Below are positions 1-12,254 of a DNA stretch of 64,000 nucleotides, piece by piece (within the stretch, counting starts at the first letter, position 1; the number at the start of each line of letters is the position of its first letter). The notes under the pieces were generated by a model. It saw only the letters and a program-made list of their open reading frames with translations. It was not told where the DNA came from and did not search any database. Origin of the DNA: Lama glama (taxonomy: Eukaryota); assembly GCA_028534125.1 (NCBI GenBank), contig CM052832.1, forward strand, positions 5,768,001 through 5,832,000. The letters run 5' to 3'. Both the position numbers and the translations under genes were made by a program.

Positions 1-183
1 ATCTAAAACCTCAACTATGCAAGCAAGGTGTTGTCTCTGCTTTTTAGGGTAAGGAGACAGGAGTGCAGATGCACAGGCGCCAGCTTGCAAAGCAGTTACT
101 AAGCACATGTGTTCTTCTTAAAGGTGACAGGCAGCTGGGGTCTGTTACAATTTGTTGACCCAATCATGGGCTCCCACATGTGA

Positions 184-225
184 GGGTCCTGGAACCAATC
201 TCCCATGGGTACCAAAGGATGACTG
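184..225. mobile_element. TcMar-Tigger (MER2/Tigger3-like) terminal inverted repeat fragment
   Basis: gggtcctggaaccaatctcccatgggtaccaaaggatgactg followed by TA. This is the reverse complement of the CAGTCATCCCTCGGTATCC...GGTTCCAGGACCC terminus of the MER2/Tigger3 group. Confidence 0.65.
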
Positions 226-542
226 TAAATTCCTGAAAGGGGCAGCAGAGTGCACCAACATATGACATTGAGACAGGGCTTGGACCACTCAGGGAACCTC
301 ATGTATTTCAGTGCTATTACAACCTGGAAACTGCAATGGAAGCAGGCTGATAATTGCTTGGATTTAAAAAAATTTGAACCGTTAATCCTATTCTTAGTAG
401 CAGGACCTAAGATAACTAAATTTCCTGAAAACTATTTTAGAATTGTTACGAGTACAATGAGACATAAGAGTCAAAGATCAGCTAGAACACAGTGAGAATT
501 TGCATTTTACTGGACTATGTGTGTGCAGGCACAGAAATGTAC

Positions 543-632
543 GTTCCGTGAGGGACCAGGTGCAACTATCTTTTTCACCATTGAATCCTCAGTATCTGGA
601 GGGGTTGCCTCATAGATAAATGCTTGTTAAAG
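543..632 (+). mobile_element. L2 LINE 3' end fragment
   Basis: ttccgtgagggaccagg...ttcaccattgaatcctcagtatctgg...ataaatgcttgttaaa resembles the L2 3' terminus. Confidence 0.5.
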
Positions 633-897
633 GAGAGTGAAAGTGAATGATGCTGCCACAGCTTGATTATAAAAAATGCAGCTTAGTATGAAATGTTTTA
701 AATTCCAGATTGGTTTTTGGCTGGTATTTTTACATTTATTGGACAGCTTCCCTGTTTGCCAATAATTTGTGGTCAGCAAATAAAAATCAATGTTAATATT
801 AGCTTACATTAAACACAATTAGAAAGGGAAATCTGCAAAAAAGTAAAAAATAAAAATACGATGCTTTCCAAAATCAAATATTTCTCTTAGATTCTTG

Positions 898-1105
898 CAG
901 TGTTCTCAACCAGGGGCAATACTGCTCCCCCACAATTCAGCAATGTCTGGAGACATTTTGCATTGTCAGGGTGAGAGGAATTCTACTGGCATCTGGTGGG
1001 TAGAGACAGGATGCTGACAGTCATACTTCAATGCACAGAAGGGGCCCCAAGACAAAGAAATACACAGCCCCCAAATGTCAACAGTGCTGTGGTTAAGAAA
1101 TCCTA
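898..1105 (+). mobile_element. MER20 (hAT-Charlie MITE)
   Basis: cagtgttctcaaccagggg...caatgtctggagacattttg...ctactggcatctggtgggtagag...cccaaatgtcaacagtgctgtggttaagaaatcct matches the MER20 consensus over its full length. Confidence 0.85.
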
Positions 1106-2330
1106 GATTTTTAAAATCTGGGTCTCTGCTTATTTGGTACAGATCATCAAAAGATGGTTTTATTTTTGAAATCTTTGAACTTTTCCAGCTCTCAAAGTCT
1201 ATATTTTTAAGTGACTGTATTTGGCTCCTTAATAGAACAAAATACAGTAGGAAGCATGGAGGAGAAAATGAATTTTGGCTCTTGAGCGAAATATGCTTTG
1301 AAGAGTTAGCCATTTGCTTGCTGCTAAAATGAGATGAGATATTGGAGCCAACTTTTTTCTTGTTTTCGTTCCAGGATGGAGCCTAGGAAAAATTAACAAG
1401 TAGGAGATGTCTCTGGCATTTCTCCTAACTTACCTCTTCTCATTACTGGTGCTCACTGCCCTCCACTTCTTTATGTCTTCTCTTTGTGTGTTAGCTCACT
1501 CGTAAAGGGTCCCATTATTTGTATACGGGATTGCCCATATATGAATATATATGTCCCTCACGCTTCCAAAAGTGTCCTTCTCTTGGTAGCCTGTTCTTAA
1601 CCACTTGAAAGGGCCCCGAGCCAGTGTAAATAGCGTACAAAGGCTTTGATGTACATACTTGATAGCTGTGTTTTCATTTTTTAAAGAGAGATGGTAATGC
1701 CTAATCCGAAGTTACTGGTCAGTAACAGTGAGATTTCCAGCAGTGATTTACTAGAACTCTTTGAAGCGTCTTCAGCTTTGCTTTTGCCCTTTAGGAATGA
1801 ATTTGTGTGTAAATTCTGCCTCTGTAAACATAAGGATTTATAACCAAGGTGAGTCTTCATTCTTGGCTATGGTACTGGCTGTTATTAATCACTGATCGTA
1901 GTTAAACTCCCAAAACATTTCCACATTAATAGATATATAGCTGCTTCTCTAGGCCTCCTGAGTGCCCACCGTCACCCGCTTTGACCCAGCCCCACTGCGG
2001 ACCCTTCTCCAGCAACTACAGGGTTAATACCTGCCCCAGTGAGTGCTTTCTAGCTCCAGCAGTTTCTGCTCTGTTTGGCTGTGTCCAGTGGCCACACACA
2101 CACACACAACGTTGTTAAATAGTTTGAGCAGTGTTTTGATTACATCCCCAGCTACAGCTGTTGTCAAGTTATTGTGTCATCATTGTTGGCAGAGGTGGTT
2201 CTTATCTTAGATCCCAATAAGCAAAAGGGTGAAAAGCTTCCTTTTCTTGATATTTGGGTACTTGTTTGAATATTTTCAAGGGAAACAGAAGACCTCAAAT
2301 ATGAACCAAGATTTGATCTTTCACAAAATC

Positions 2331-2480
2331 TTTTTTTAATTGAAGTATAGTTGATTTACAATATTGTGTTAGTTTCAGGTGTACAGCAAAGCGATTCAGA
2401 TATACATATATATGTATACACACACACATACATACTTTTCAGATTCTTTCCCATTATGGGTTATTACAAGATATTGAGTG
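2331..2480 (-). mobile_element. 5'-truncated L1 3'UTR (cetartiodactyl-type)
   Basis: Poly-T then aattgaagtatagttgatttacaatattgtgttagtttcaggtgtacagcaaagcgattcag...ttattacaagatattgag, a typical laurasiatherian/artiodactyl L1 3' end in antisense. Confidence 0.85.
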
Positions 2481-2844
2481 TCTTTCTTAAAGATCCAAAA
2501 AATATATCTTTGTGCAAGAAAGTTAATAATGGTTAAAAATAATCCGTGGCAAAAATATCACCATTCTGTTTGTATCCATTTCCAGAGAATTATAAATAAT
2601 GGCATAAGTTAATCACAGTTTTCTGACTCATAGGGCTAGAGAGTGCAATGTAATGATATTTACCTAGAGAAAGAATAGTAAATGAGGAAATGAGTAACGT
2701 GAAACAAGTGGTTTAATTATCAGACTGCTAAAAGCATATTATGAAAGACTATACTATAGAATCGTGATGAAAAGGGGATGACATCATTCAACTTCTAAGC
2801 ACTACGATTTGTTAAAAGACAATCTCTTCAAATTCAGAATTAAA

Positions 2845-2975
2845 GATATTTTAATAGTGATATTATTACTATTTTTGTAGAAGTCCAATCAATACACAAC
2901 GTATGAAGACAAGAGTCAAAAATAATCCCACATCTCACCACTCAGAACAGTCATCATTAACAATTGGTGAGCCTC
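2845..2975 (-). mobile_element. Ancient L1M (L1ME-like) 3'UTR fragment
   Basis: aaaaataatcccacatctcaccactcagaacagtcatcattaacaattggtg resembles the L1ME 3' end motif. Confidence 0.4.
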
Positions 2976-4007
2976 GATCTCGCCATGGCTCCGTGTGCTC
3001 AGGCAGACATAAGGATCAGTGGACGGATGAAGGTTTAGATAAATATGATAGATGGATAGATTGGGGAATAAAATGATAGTATGCTATATGTTATTATAAA
3101 TGATGACATTTTATTTACTTTAAATTTGTTAAAAGCCAAAGAATTTTTGGAGCTAAAATTTTGCTGAACTTTACACAATACTCAAAAAAATAAGAGATTC
3201 ATATCTAGGATTTCTATGAGTAAAAGGAAAAGACTATGCAAAACATTAGAAATTGAATTTTTTAATATTTGTTTCCCTTTTTAAGCTCCTCCCTCCATCT
3301 CTTCCCTATTATGAAACATTTTGAATTTGTCACACTTTATTTCCTTCTAGCTCCCTCTTTCCCAGCTCCTGACTTTCATTAGTTACTATGTAACGTTTTC
3401 TAACGTAGCCTTTATCCTCCCAGTTATTTAGTTTCAGCTCTACATTTAAACGGAGTCCAGGCTCACTGACAGACTTTACGCTGAATCCGTACACAATTAT
3501 TCTGCTGTTTCATGATTGAGTCAATAACTGTCCATTACCTATTGACTTGCTCTCACGGAATGTGAGCATTTAGCCCGCTTGCACCACCTCTGCCACACAT
3601 GCTTCACTCCTGACATCCTCTCATTGTGATTATATCATCATTTTTGTTAAATCAATGGCCCGTGCTTACATTAACATGACTAAATATTTTTTGGAACTGA
3701 GCCGTGATTACGTTTCTCTCCTGTTCAGATTTCTCTTGAATTAGTACTTGCCTTAATTTTTCTATATTACTATTGCTAATTCTCCCCCAATTTAGTATCA
3801 TCTCCCACATGTCAAAATGCTTTAAGCAATTGGTTAGGTCCATTTTCCCTTTTAGAGATGTTGCTTTTGGACATTATCTCCAGAGATAGACAGCTGATTA
3901 CTCTCTCAGTCTGCTGCACTATTGTCATCTTTGGGTGGATCTGGTCCTAAGGGTATGTCCTGGGATGGTGGCCCTATTTCCCAAATCTTATGTCTTCTTG
4001 TTTACAT

Positions 4008-4469
4008 CATTAACCAAAATTTCAGAAACAGAGATCTATTTTAATAGGCATTTATTTGGGGTTTGTTAGGGGGACAACCCGGGAGACACAGATTCAAGAA
4101 AGCACTTGAATTGTGTTCCACCGAACTACAAAAGGGAGAAAGTTTATAAAGGCAAAAACTGCAGGGCTACAGTTAGTTACATGAGCTGTTTGTCAAGAAG
4201 TATAACTGGAGCTGGCAAGAGGTGTGCTTGTTAAGCAAGGATTGGTTGGGGTCCGACTTGGTTGATGGTTACAAGAGGGAACAACCTTGAGACACAAGGT
4301 TGCAGCCGGCAGATGTTTTACAAACAGCTGGTGTCCTCGAGTTTGGTATAGTTCACAGAAAGTTCACGTTCAGTGCTGCAAGGACACATCGGAGTCAGAT
4401 CTTCAGTGGCCACCGACTCCATTCAGCACGCCCAAACCCTGACTGCGTCATTATGATTTCAGTCTGTCA
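4008..4469 (-). mobile_element. ERV1-class solo LTR
   Basis: About 460 bp block with LTR-like features in antisense: tttattt, then gacaacccgggagacacagattcaagaaagcacttgaattgtgttcc, tttata (TATA in sense) and gattgg (CCAAT in sense). It ends ...tctgtca and interrupts the HAL1-like sequence. No clean TSD seen. Confidence 0.6.
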
Positions 4470-5221
4470 TCAGCGTGGAGTACATTCTGAGTAAGGGAGC
4501 TTGGGAGGTAAATTTTTGAGATCTGTTATATCTGAAAATATTTTTATTCTATCCTTACATCTAAAACATTAGTCTGGCTGGGCATTAGTCAGAAACTTCT
4601 TCCTGAAATTTGGAAGCATTTTCCCATTATCTCCTGGGTTCCACCGTGGCTTCTGCAGTTACCAGATGCCAGTTTGATTCCCTGAGCTTCATAGGTAACT
4701 TGTTTTCATCTCTCTTCAGCCCTATTGTTCTGAAATGTCAAGTTCTGAATTGGTGCAGGTATTTTTTTCATTCTTATGCTGGGTGCACAGCAGGTAATTT
4801 CAATTTGAATGACCTTCACTTATAACTCTTTTTCTTTTTTTAATTTCAGCCATCATGCTTTCAGTTTCCAAAGAGCTCTTTCTTGTTTTTCTATTGTTTT
4901 TTTCTTTAACATCCTATCAAGTTTCAGGTTTCCTGAATGCATTCTCTTTTCTTAACTTCCTGAAGATATAATTTATAATTTTTGAAGTTTCATCAATGTC
5001 ACACTTCTCCCTATGTCCTTTTTCCTGTTTTGAAAAAAAAACATTGGAAACTGTATGCATGTTTGGGTAGAGTCAAGCTGCATGCTTCCAGGTCAGTTGA
5101 TCTGGGTCGTACCAGAGCACTCGAACAGTGGTACTCAGATCTGCGTTTGAGATTCAAACCTGGTCTCAGAATCAGCTGGAAGCCTTGCTAAAACACAAAC
5201 TGGTGGGCACGACCCTCAGAG

Positions 5222-5224
<3 letters not shown>

Positions 5225-5293
<69 letters not shown>
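5225..5293 (+). repeat. (TTA)23 microsatellite
   Basis: Perfect TTA run read directly from the sequence. Confidence 0.97.
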
Positions 5294-5295
<2 letters not shown>

Positions 5296-5364
5296 TCTTC
5301 TCCTTCTTCTCCTTCTTCTCCTTCTTCTTTCTTCTTTCTTCTTCTTTCTTCTTCTTTTTCTTCT
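5294..5364 (+). repeat. Imperfect (CTT)n polypyrimidine tract
   Basis: ttcttctccttcttctccttcttctcc...cttcttctttttcttct directly abuts the TTA array. Confidence 0.9.
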
Positions 5365-5971
5365 GTAGGTAGACCCTGACATTTTGCATTTGTAGAAAGT
5401 TCCAGGTGATGCTGGTGTGGCTGATCCAGGAGCCACAGCAGAAGCACTGGTCTAGAGCAAATGCAGTTGTTTCCTGCCCAGTGGGGAATATGTCTGCTAC
5501 CAGAAGCAGAGCAAAGGAATCTAACTCTTCACTAGTGAGCTTTCTCTAAAACCTTCAGTTGTAGGAAAGTTCTCAATCTAGAGTTTCATTGTACCTAGTG
5601 TCTTGCAAATTGCAACCCCTCTAATGATTTCATCAGAGAATAAACCTCTCTCTGCCTAGGGTTTTAGCTGTTCCTTATGAAGGTTTCAACCAGACCTCAT
5701 CTTTTCCACCCAACCTCTCATTCCAACATCTTAAACTACCTCTGCTTCCAATTCCTGCATCTTGCTAAGGTCTCAGTGGTTTAAATCTTCCCAGACATCC
5801 TTCTGTTCAGGCACACACGTTTCATTTTCCCCACGCTTAGTTAATTACCGCTATTCCACCTGCTTTCCATTTCCTCCCATTTGTTATCAATTCATCCATT
5901 ATTGTCTCTATTCCCAATTTCTTTCTCTCTTTTTTTTTTAAAAATATATGCCATTAAAAAAAAACTATTTC

Positions 5972-6076
5972 ATGGGAATTATAGCCATTACCTTGTAATA
6001 ACTGTTAATGGTGTATAATCTGTAAAAGTACAGAATTACAATTCTTTACACCTGAAACTAGTGCAATAAAAAAACA
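5972..6076 (+). mobile_element. L1 3' end fragment (sense)
   Basis: gggaattatagccattaccttgtaataactgttaatggtgtataatctgtaaaa...tacacctgaaactagtgcaataaaaaaa resembles laurasiatherian L1 3' termini and ends in AATAAA plus an A-run. Confidence 0.6.
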
Positions 6077-6595
6077 ATGTGAAAAAAATTCATTTTATTT
6101 AATAGTTCCAAAGAGGGAGCACATATAAATGCATGTGTTGTTCAATCCACTATTTTATTAAAAATCTCCCTTTTCTTGCCTCTCCTCCACCCCTCGACCA
6201 TTCCCCCTACCCTAAGCCGTCCTCACCCAGTGATTTCTTTTCACTGGAATAAAACAAAATCATAGGCAATGGACATATTCATAGGCATATGGTTTCTCTT
6301 TATGAAAACAATTCTCTCTTATCCCATGATATAGCCATGTGCTCAGACTGTGTTCTTACTTTTAGGGACCGATATGAACTATCCAAGATTTTAAAAGGAG
6401 TTATCTGTCAACTTTCTCAACTCCTTCATTTATTTTGATCTATACTTGACAGTATTGGAATCACAGTTTATTAGAGTTGTAGGTATGTTCTTGTCTCATT
6501 AAGGATAATTTTTCTCTGTAATTTTTATTTTCTGTTTATATCAGTAAATTTCAGGGAAGAAGATTAGATTAGAAAATTGCATTCTACCATCTTCA

Positions 6596-7095
6596 NNNNN
6601 NNNNNNNNNNNNNNNNNNNNNNNNNNNNNNNNNNNNNNNNNNNNNNNNNNNNNNNNNNNNNNNNNNNNNNNNNNNNNNNNNNNNNNNNNNNNNNNNNNNN
6701 NNNNNNNNNNNNNNNNNNNNNNNNNNNNNNNNNNNNNNNNNNNNNNNNNNNNNNNNNNNNNNNNNNNNNNNNNNNNNNNNNNNNNNNNNNNNNNNNNNNN
6801 NNNNNNNNNNNNNNNNNNNNNNNNNNNNNNNNNNNNNNNNNNNNNNNNNNNNNNNNNNNNNNNNNNNNNNNNNNNNNNNNNNNNNNNNNNNNNNNNNNNN
6901 NNNNNNNNNNNNNNNNNNNNNNNNNNNNNNNNNNNNNNNNNNNNNNNNNNNNNNNNNNNNNNNNNNNNNNNNNNNNNNNNNNNNNNNNNNNNNNNNNNNN
7001 NNNNNNNNNNNNNNNNNNNNNNNNNNNNNNNNNNNNNNNNNNNNNNNNNNNNNNNNNNNNNNNNNNNNNNNNNNNNNNNNNNNNNNNNNNNNNNN
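6596..7095. other. Assembly gap (500 N)
   Basis: Run of exactly 500 N, probably a fixed-size scaffold gap. Confidence 0.99.
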
Positions 7096-9904
7096 AAACC
7101 ATGAGAGATGAGCAGCTCTGGGTTGTTATAGAATGTATAGCATAATAATAGACACTGCATTTGTCTCTTCACTAAGAGGAATTTTGCAAGATAATCAGTA
7201 AAATGAGTCTCACATGAAATACATCGAATCATAGAGAGATCAGTGATGTCTATTCAGCCCCTTATGAGGAGTTTAACGGTTGGGTGCTTAATATAACGTG
7301 TGCCGTCTTACACCGTTTTCTTCTCTCTCTGTCTCCTCTCCATGTGTACACACATGGAGTTTCTTCACAATGTTCTCTTTGATGAGGTCTTACAGTCTAG
7401 CCTGTATTTATAGAAGAGTTTTTTCTTCCTTTGAGTTTCCAGACATCTTTTCCTGCCCACTTTCCTGCCTTCTCAAACCTATCAATAAGACGCTATTTGA
7501 GACCACTTGCAGATGGCACTAAAGCTGCTGTGTGAAAAGTGAAGGATTCAGGCAAACACCTCGTTCATTAGGCTACAGGGTGGCAGGCAGCATGTTTCCA
7601 AAGATGCCCAACTGAATCTTTCACATGTCTTTGCATACACAGAGCCTTGAATTTGCCATTATGAGACTCTAGGTGCTGAAAGGTCTTTAAAGGAAGAAGC
7701 AATGTTGTCATTTCTTCTGAATTATGTCATATATATTTACATTTCCTCCATTTTTTCTTCGCCAGATGCACCAATTTCAGGACGGAAACTTAGCACGGTA
7801 TGGAGTTCCTTCACATCAATGGTTCTTGATTTTCCTATGAAATAATAGATTTCACTTTTTAAACAAGTATTACACTTATTTAAACACTTAGTTATACACT
7901 TACTTATTTTTTATGCACCATAATTTATAGACAATAGGCCCCTAGTAATGTTTGCTTCCCTTTCCTTTGAATTTCTTCCATCATTATTCAAAATTATTAA
8001 GCTTCTATTAAAACAAGAGACTCACTCGTTGTAGTATTTTGGATTACTGTGAGACTTCTTTAAGGAGAGTAATGTTGAAATACTTCTTTCTCCAGATCCT
8101 TTAAAAGGTACAAAGCTGTTTTAAGACTTCAAGAGCATTAACAGTGTAAAGTATACTTTCAAGACCATGCACCTACAAGTGATGTCTTCCTTTCTGTTTT
8201 TTCATGAAAAATTATCTATCTTCAAATGTATCCTAATAGAGTTAAATTAAAACTCAACCTAACTTAACACGTGTTCACGGCATTCAGATTCTCTTGTTAA
8301 AGCACTCAGACTCAGGTGAAATTACAGAGGGATGTTTCTTATTTAAAAATAGTTTCTCATTACTATCCCATCAAAAAGGCACAACATAGTGAGAGAAATA
8401 GTGATGGGAAGAGGCAGCTCGTGAGAAACGTAAAGAGTAATGAAGTCCAGGTATTTTCCAAGTAAAGACAGACAGGAACTCGATTAGAAGCAGAAATGTG
8501 TAATGACAGTTATCAGTACGGGACCATCATACTCCATAAGGTAGTTCAGTTGCAAGAAAGAGCCACTTTCCAGGGCTATTTTCAGATCTTCACAATATTC
8601 TCCAACAGAGCAAATGGAATACTGCATGAGGAAAAAAAAATGTTATTTCAAACAGAACTTTAGTGTCGGAATAGAGTGTATTCTGCTACTCATTGCAAAG
8701 CTACTGCAGCTCTCAACAGTCAAAAAGACTATTAAACAGATATATGGTATTGACGTACTGCGATGGGATTAAGCCATTTATTCCCAAGATGAAACTACTT
8801 TATGTAAAAGTGTTGTTGCAGCCACCAAAAGTTAAAGAACTCATGCATAAATCCAGAAATGCATTCAAGATATTTAGAATTATCGATCTACGTTTTGTTT
8901 TTCCAAGAGGGGAAAAAAAGGTCTTCCAAGTAGTAACATTGGGTGTGTCACTGTCAGCCCAGGGCAGAGACATTCATGCTCACCATGCAATTTCCAGGCC
9001 CCCAAAGTTAAGCAGATCCACGTAAGTCGTTCTGGCCCATTAAATCCCACAAGGGGTATGTGTGTCACTTCCAGGCGGAGGCCACGGAAACTCCTGTGAC
9101 TCTCCTGTTTTGCTCTTGCTCTTGCTCCGCTGCAGCAGATGTGGCATCTTTAGTGCCTTAATGCAACTTCCATAGGTTGAAAGCCTGAGTGACTGAGGTG
9201 AACGAAGTCTCCATCCATACACAAAGGATGTGATTTGCCTAAAGCAGGAGGTAGACTGAAAATCACTTCAAAATCTTAAGTGCTTGAATACTGACTTTAT
9301 AGATGGATGCAGCTTTCTCTCCACCGATGTATAATAATCTCTCTCTTGATGAAAAGAATATATCCCAGTGCTGTACTTATTCATCCAGAAACAGCATGAA
9401 TGGGAATAGAAGTAACATAAAAAAAAGAGAGCTAGATATACATTCTTAGATATCAAGAACTAACATAGAATGAAACTAATGTGTAATAAAAACTTCATTA
9501 CATTGTAATAAAAATAAGCCCCCACCTCAAAACAGAAACAGGCTTCATAAACTATCTAAACAAAAGCTGAATTTAGGTAACACATGTGAGAGAGTGGGGA
9601 TGGGTCTTAAACTGTAGAAGTGGCAGGGTTCTGGGAGGGTAAGTAGGACCAGAAGTGTTGTGGTGGCCATTTCTGGATATTTACCACACTAGTGCTTCAG
9701 CAATACTACTAATGCTGCACTTAGTCATGCTACTAATGCTGAAAAAATACTAATCATGCCATACATTAAAACTACCATGGTTATACTAATACTGCAACGA
9801 GTAATGCCATGTTTTAAGCCTACAGTAACAGTGCTAAGCCTGCAATACTTAACACGTACCTCTGGGGCTCACTGCCTCACTGTGGGTCCTTCCTGGTTTT
9901 CATG

Positions 9905-10030
9905 GTTGTCTTTTTCACTGGACACAAGTTCCCTGAGGACAGGATTTGTATCCTAGTTATCTTTCCTTTCAAAACCTAGCACAAGGCTTTGTGCAGAGTA
10001 AGCACTTAATACATGTTTGTTGTATGAACG
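9905..10030 (+). mobile_element. L2 3' end
   Basis: cactggacacaagttccctgaggacaggatttg...cctagcacaaggctttgtgcagagtaagcacttaatacatgtttgttgtatgaa. Confidence 0.7.
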
Positions 10031-10073
10031 AGAAGTTTGAATCATCACAACTGAAAGAAACCAAGATAATATA

Positions 10074-10215
10074 CAGTCACTCCTTGGTGTCTGTGGGGTG
10101 TTGGTTCCAGGACACCCCTGGGATACCAAACTGCACAGATGCTGAAGTCCTTCTCCAGTCGGTGTCTGTGGGCTCCTCATTTGCGGGGATTCAACCAACA
10201 TCAGATCAAAAGTGT
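10074..10215 (+). mobile_element. MER2-like TcMar-Tigger MITE, 5' part
   Basis: TA then cagtcactccttggtgtctgtggggtgttggttccaggacacccctgggataccaaactgcacagatgctgaagtcc...ggattcaaccaac. Confidence 0.75.
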
Positions 10216-11262
10216 TCAGTAGCAAAGTGGAAAGGGTGATGTCCAAAGAGGAAACATGTAAGGGGTTAACAAGGTAGAATATTGAATTAGGATGTGAAGT
10301 CTTTCCCAGGGGAAATGTTAGGTGGAAAATTGCATGTTTGGAAGATACTATGATGTTTAGCTTCTGCTCCTGCAATCCATTTTGGCGGACAGCATTCAAA
10401 ATTGAAGGAAGTTTCCAATTTAGTCCAGATAGTGCTTTATGTGATGTTGTCATTTAAGCAGTCAGTGTTTTCCTGAGAAATTACTTCGTAGTCCTTAGTT
10501 ATACCAATACATCACCCAAATACACTTTTTCTTAATGGAATATTTTTACATGCAAAGTGCTTTGAACAAGATACACTTGGCTTCATTCTGCTTCTCCATT
10601 AATGCATTTTATGTGCTTTATGTTTTATAGTCTGATTCCAGTTTTTCAAAGGCTCCCCTGATTTTAATCTAAATCAATGTAATATTTTGTGTTCACACTA
10701 GAATCTTTTCTGAAGGGGTATCTCAGCTCATTTAACCTAATGGGATTCTTTTTAAGATGAATAGTGCAGGAGTGATTTTACTTAGATTCTAAATAAGATG
10801 CTGAAGGGTACAAAGATTACTTCTTGATTAAAATCTCATCTAAACTCAGAGATAAATCTCCCAAAAGTGTGCAGGTGGTGGATATTTTTCAAACTGGTTT
10901 TCCCAGCAAAGCAGAATTCTTAACTTTTTTTTTTTTAATCCAAACCATTCGAAATGCTGATGAAAGTTAAGGACCTCACCCTCAGAGTAAAAACAAAGAC
11001 ATGCGTATAGTCACATATTTTTTTGTGGTGGCTGTTTTGCATACAACTGCTTAAGCTATCACAAGCTCCCAGGAGATCATCCATGATCTGAAAGTTAAGA
11101 GGGACTCCTTTGTTCTGGATGGTGCATTTTATCACTGACATTGTCATGTCACCAGCATCACCACCATCGTTGTCATCCTCATCCTTGTCACTGCAATCAT
11201 TATACGTTGGTTCTATTGTAGTTTAGAATTTTCAGTGTACGTGAATCAAGACTAATCGTGTT

Positions 11263-11284
11263 TGTGTGTGTGTGTGTGTGTGTG
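11263..11284 (+). repeat. (TG)11 microsatellite
   Basis: Read directly from the sequence. Confidence 0.95.
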
Positions 11285-12084
11285 GACAGACTGATAGCAA
11301 ATAATTACAGAGTAATTGGAGTACAAAGAGCCAAGAGAGCTGTCGCAGAGAGAAATAAGCAAATGCTGCAGCAACACAGTCCAGGAGAGAAGGAATTCCT
11401 TCTTGAGGGAGCTTCATCACCAAATCTTACCTTCCAACAGATGTGAAACATCAATAGTTTGTCAATAAGATAAACTCAGATTACTTCTACCACTTTCACC
11501 ATTCATTTAATTGTCCCCTCTTTTAGAAGATTGATTTCTGTCCATTTCTTTCCAATTTTTTTCTAACACGTGCACGTATATACCCAGCATCCTGACCCAC
11601 CCCCTCCCATACTTGTCCAAAAAAATAAAAATCATTTGCTATAGCATCATCAGGGACTAAATGCTGCTTTGTCCCTGTTGGAAACAGTTTTCTTGGACAT
11701 GCAGTTTATCTTTTCTTCTGGAACTTTCTGGTATCCTGTATCATTGGTATATTATCTTCGTATGTTATAGTACATCTCTATCTTGCTTTTCTTTTCTAAC
11801 TTCGGCAACTTTTAAAGATCATAGTAATATATAGTCATACACAAGTTAATCAGGTTTTATTTTGTCATTTGTCATTGTTGACGTTTATCTCCTCGGTATT
11901 TTTCTCTTCTTCTGTTTTCTGGTAAGCTGATATCTGGTCAACTATTCTAGGATGTAAAGAAGGATCCTCTTAGGAAGGTGGAAAGGTCACTTTAGAACCA
12001 AAATAAATGGAAAAAATAGCCATCTTTCCTTGTTTTGGGCACAGGCTATCTTCAGATATTCAACCAATAATTACTGGGTGCAGC

Positions 12085-12254
12085 ATTGGCAACAGGATTT
12101 GTGGAACTTAATGTCAAATAAAAATTTGGGGCACTTTATTCAAAAAATTAAGAATTTCAAGATGGCAGCAGCAGAACATTAGAGCAGGTGTGGGGCCCTT
12201 CTCTGCATGGGGCCTGGTCTGATGGTACAGGTCACACCCATGAAGACAGCCCTA
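12085..12254 (-). mobile_element. MER45A-like (hAT-Tip100) MITE
   Basis: aattaagaatttcaagatggcagcagcagaacattagagc...ggggcccttct...caggtcacacccatgaagacagccct is the reverse complement of MER45A. Confidence 0.8.

Larger units (their letters stand above)
5126..5449. mobile_element. MER5A (hAT-Charlie) split by a microsatellite
   Basis: cagtggtactcag...cagaatcagctggaagccttgctaaaacaca...ccctcagagttt [STR] ...ttgcatttgtagaaagttccaggtgatgctggtg...gaagcactg; terminal CAGTG/CACTG. Confidence 0.75.
3280..5920 (-). mobile_element. HAL1/L1ME-like ancient LINE, interrupted by an LTR and a MER5A
   Basis: gggaggtaaatttttgagatctgttatatctgaaaatatttttattctatcc (about 4503-4554) and the pyrimidine-rich blocks at 3280-3480 and 5700-5920 resemble HAL1. 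Boundaries are approximate. Confidence 0.5.

Noticed and set aside
5128..5447. Poly-Ile/Asn/Glu/Arg ORFs
   Set aside because: Translations of the TTA and CTT microsatellites.
6564..7232. Long ORFs of 169-222 aa
   Set aside because: They consist almost entirely of X from the 500-N gap.
7766..7797. Strong acceptor followed by ACG|GTATGG (32 nt)
   Set aside because: Mediocre donor, not frame-preserving, peptide unrecognised.
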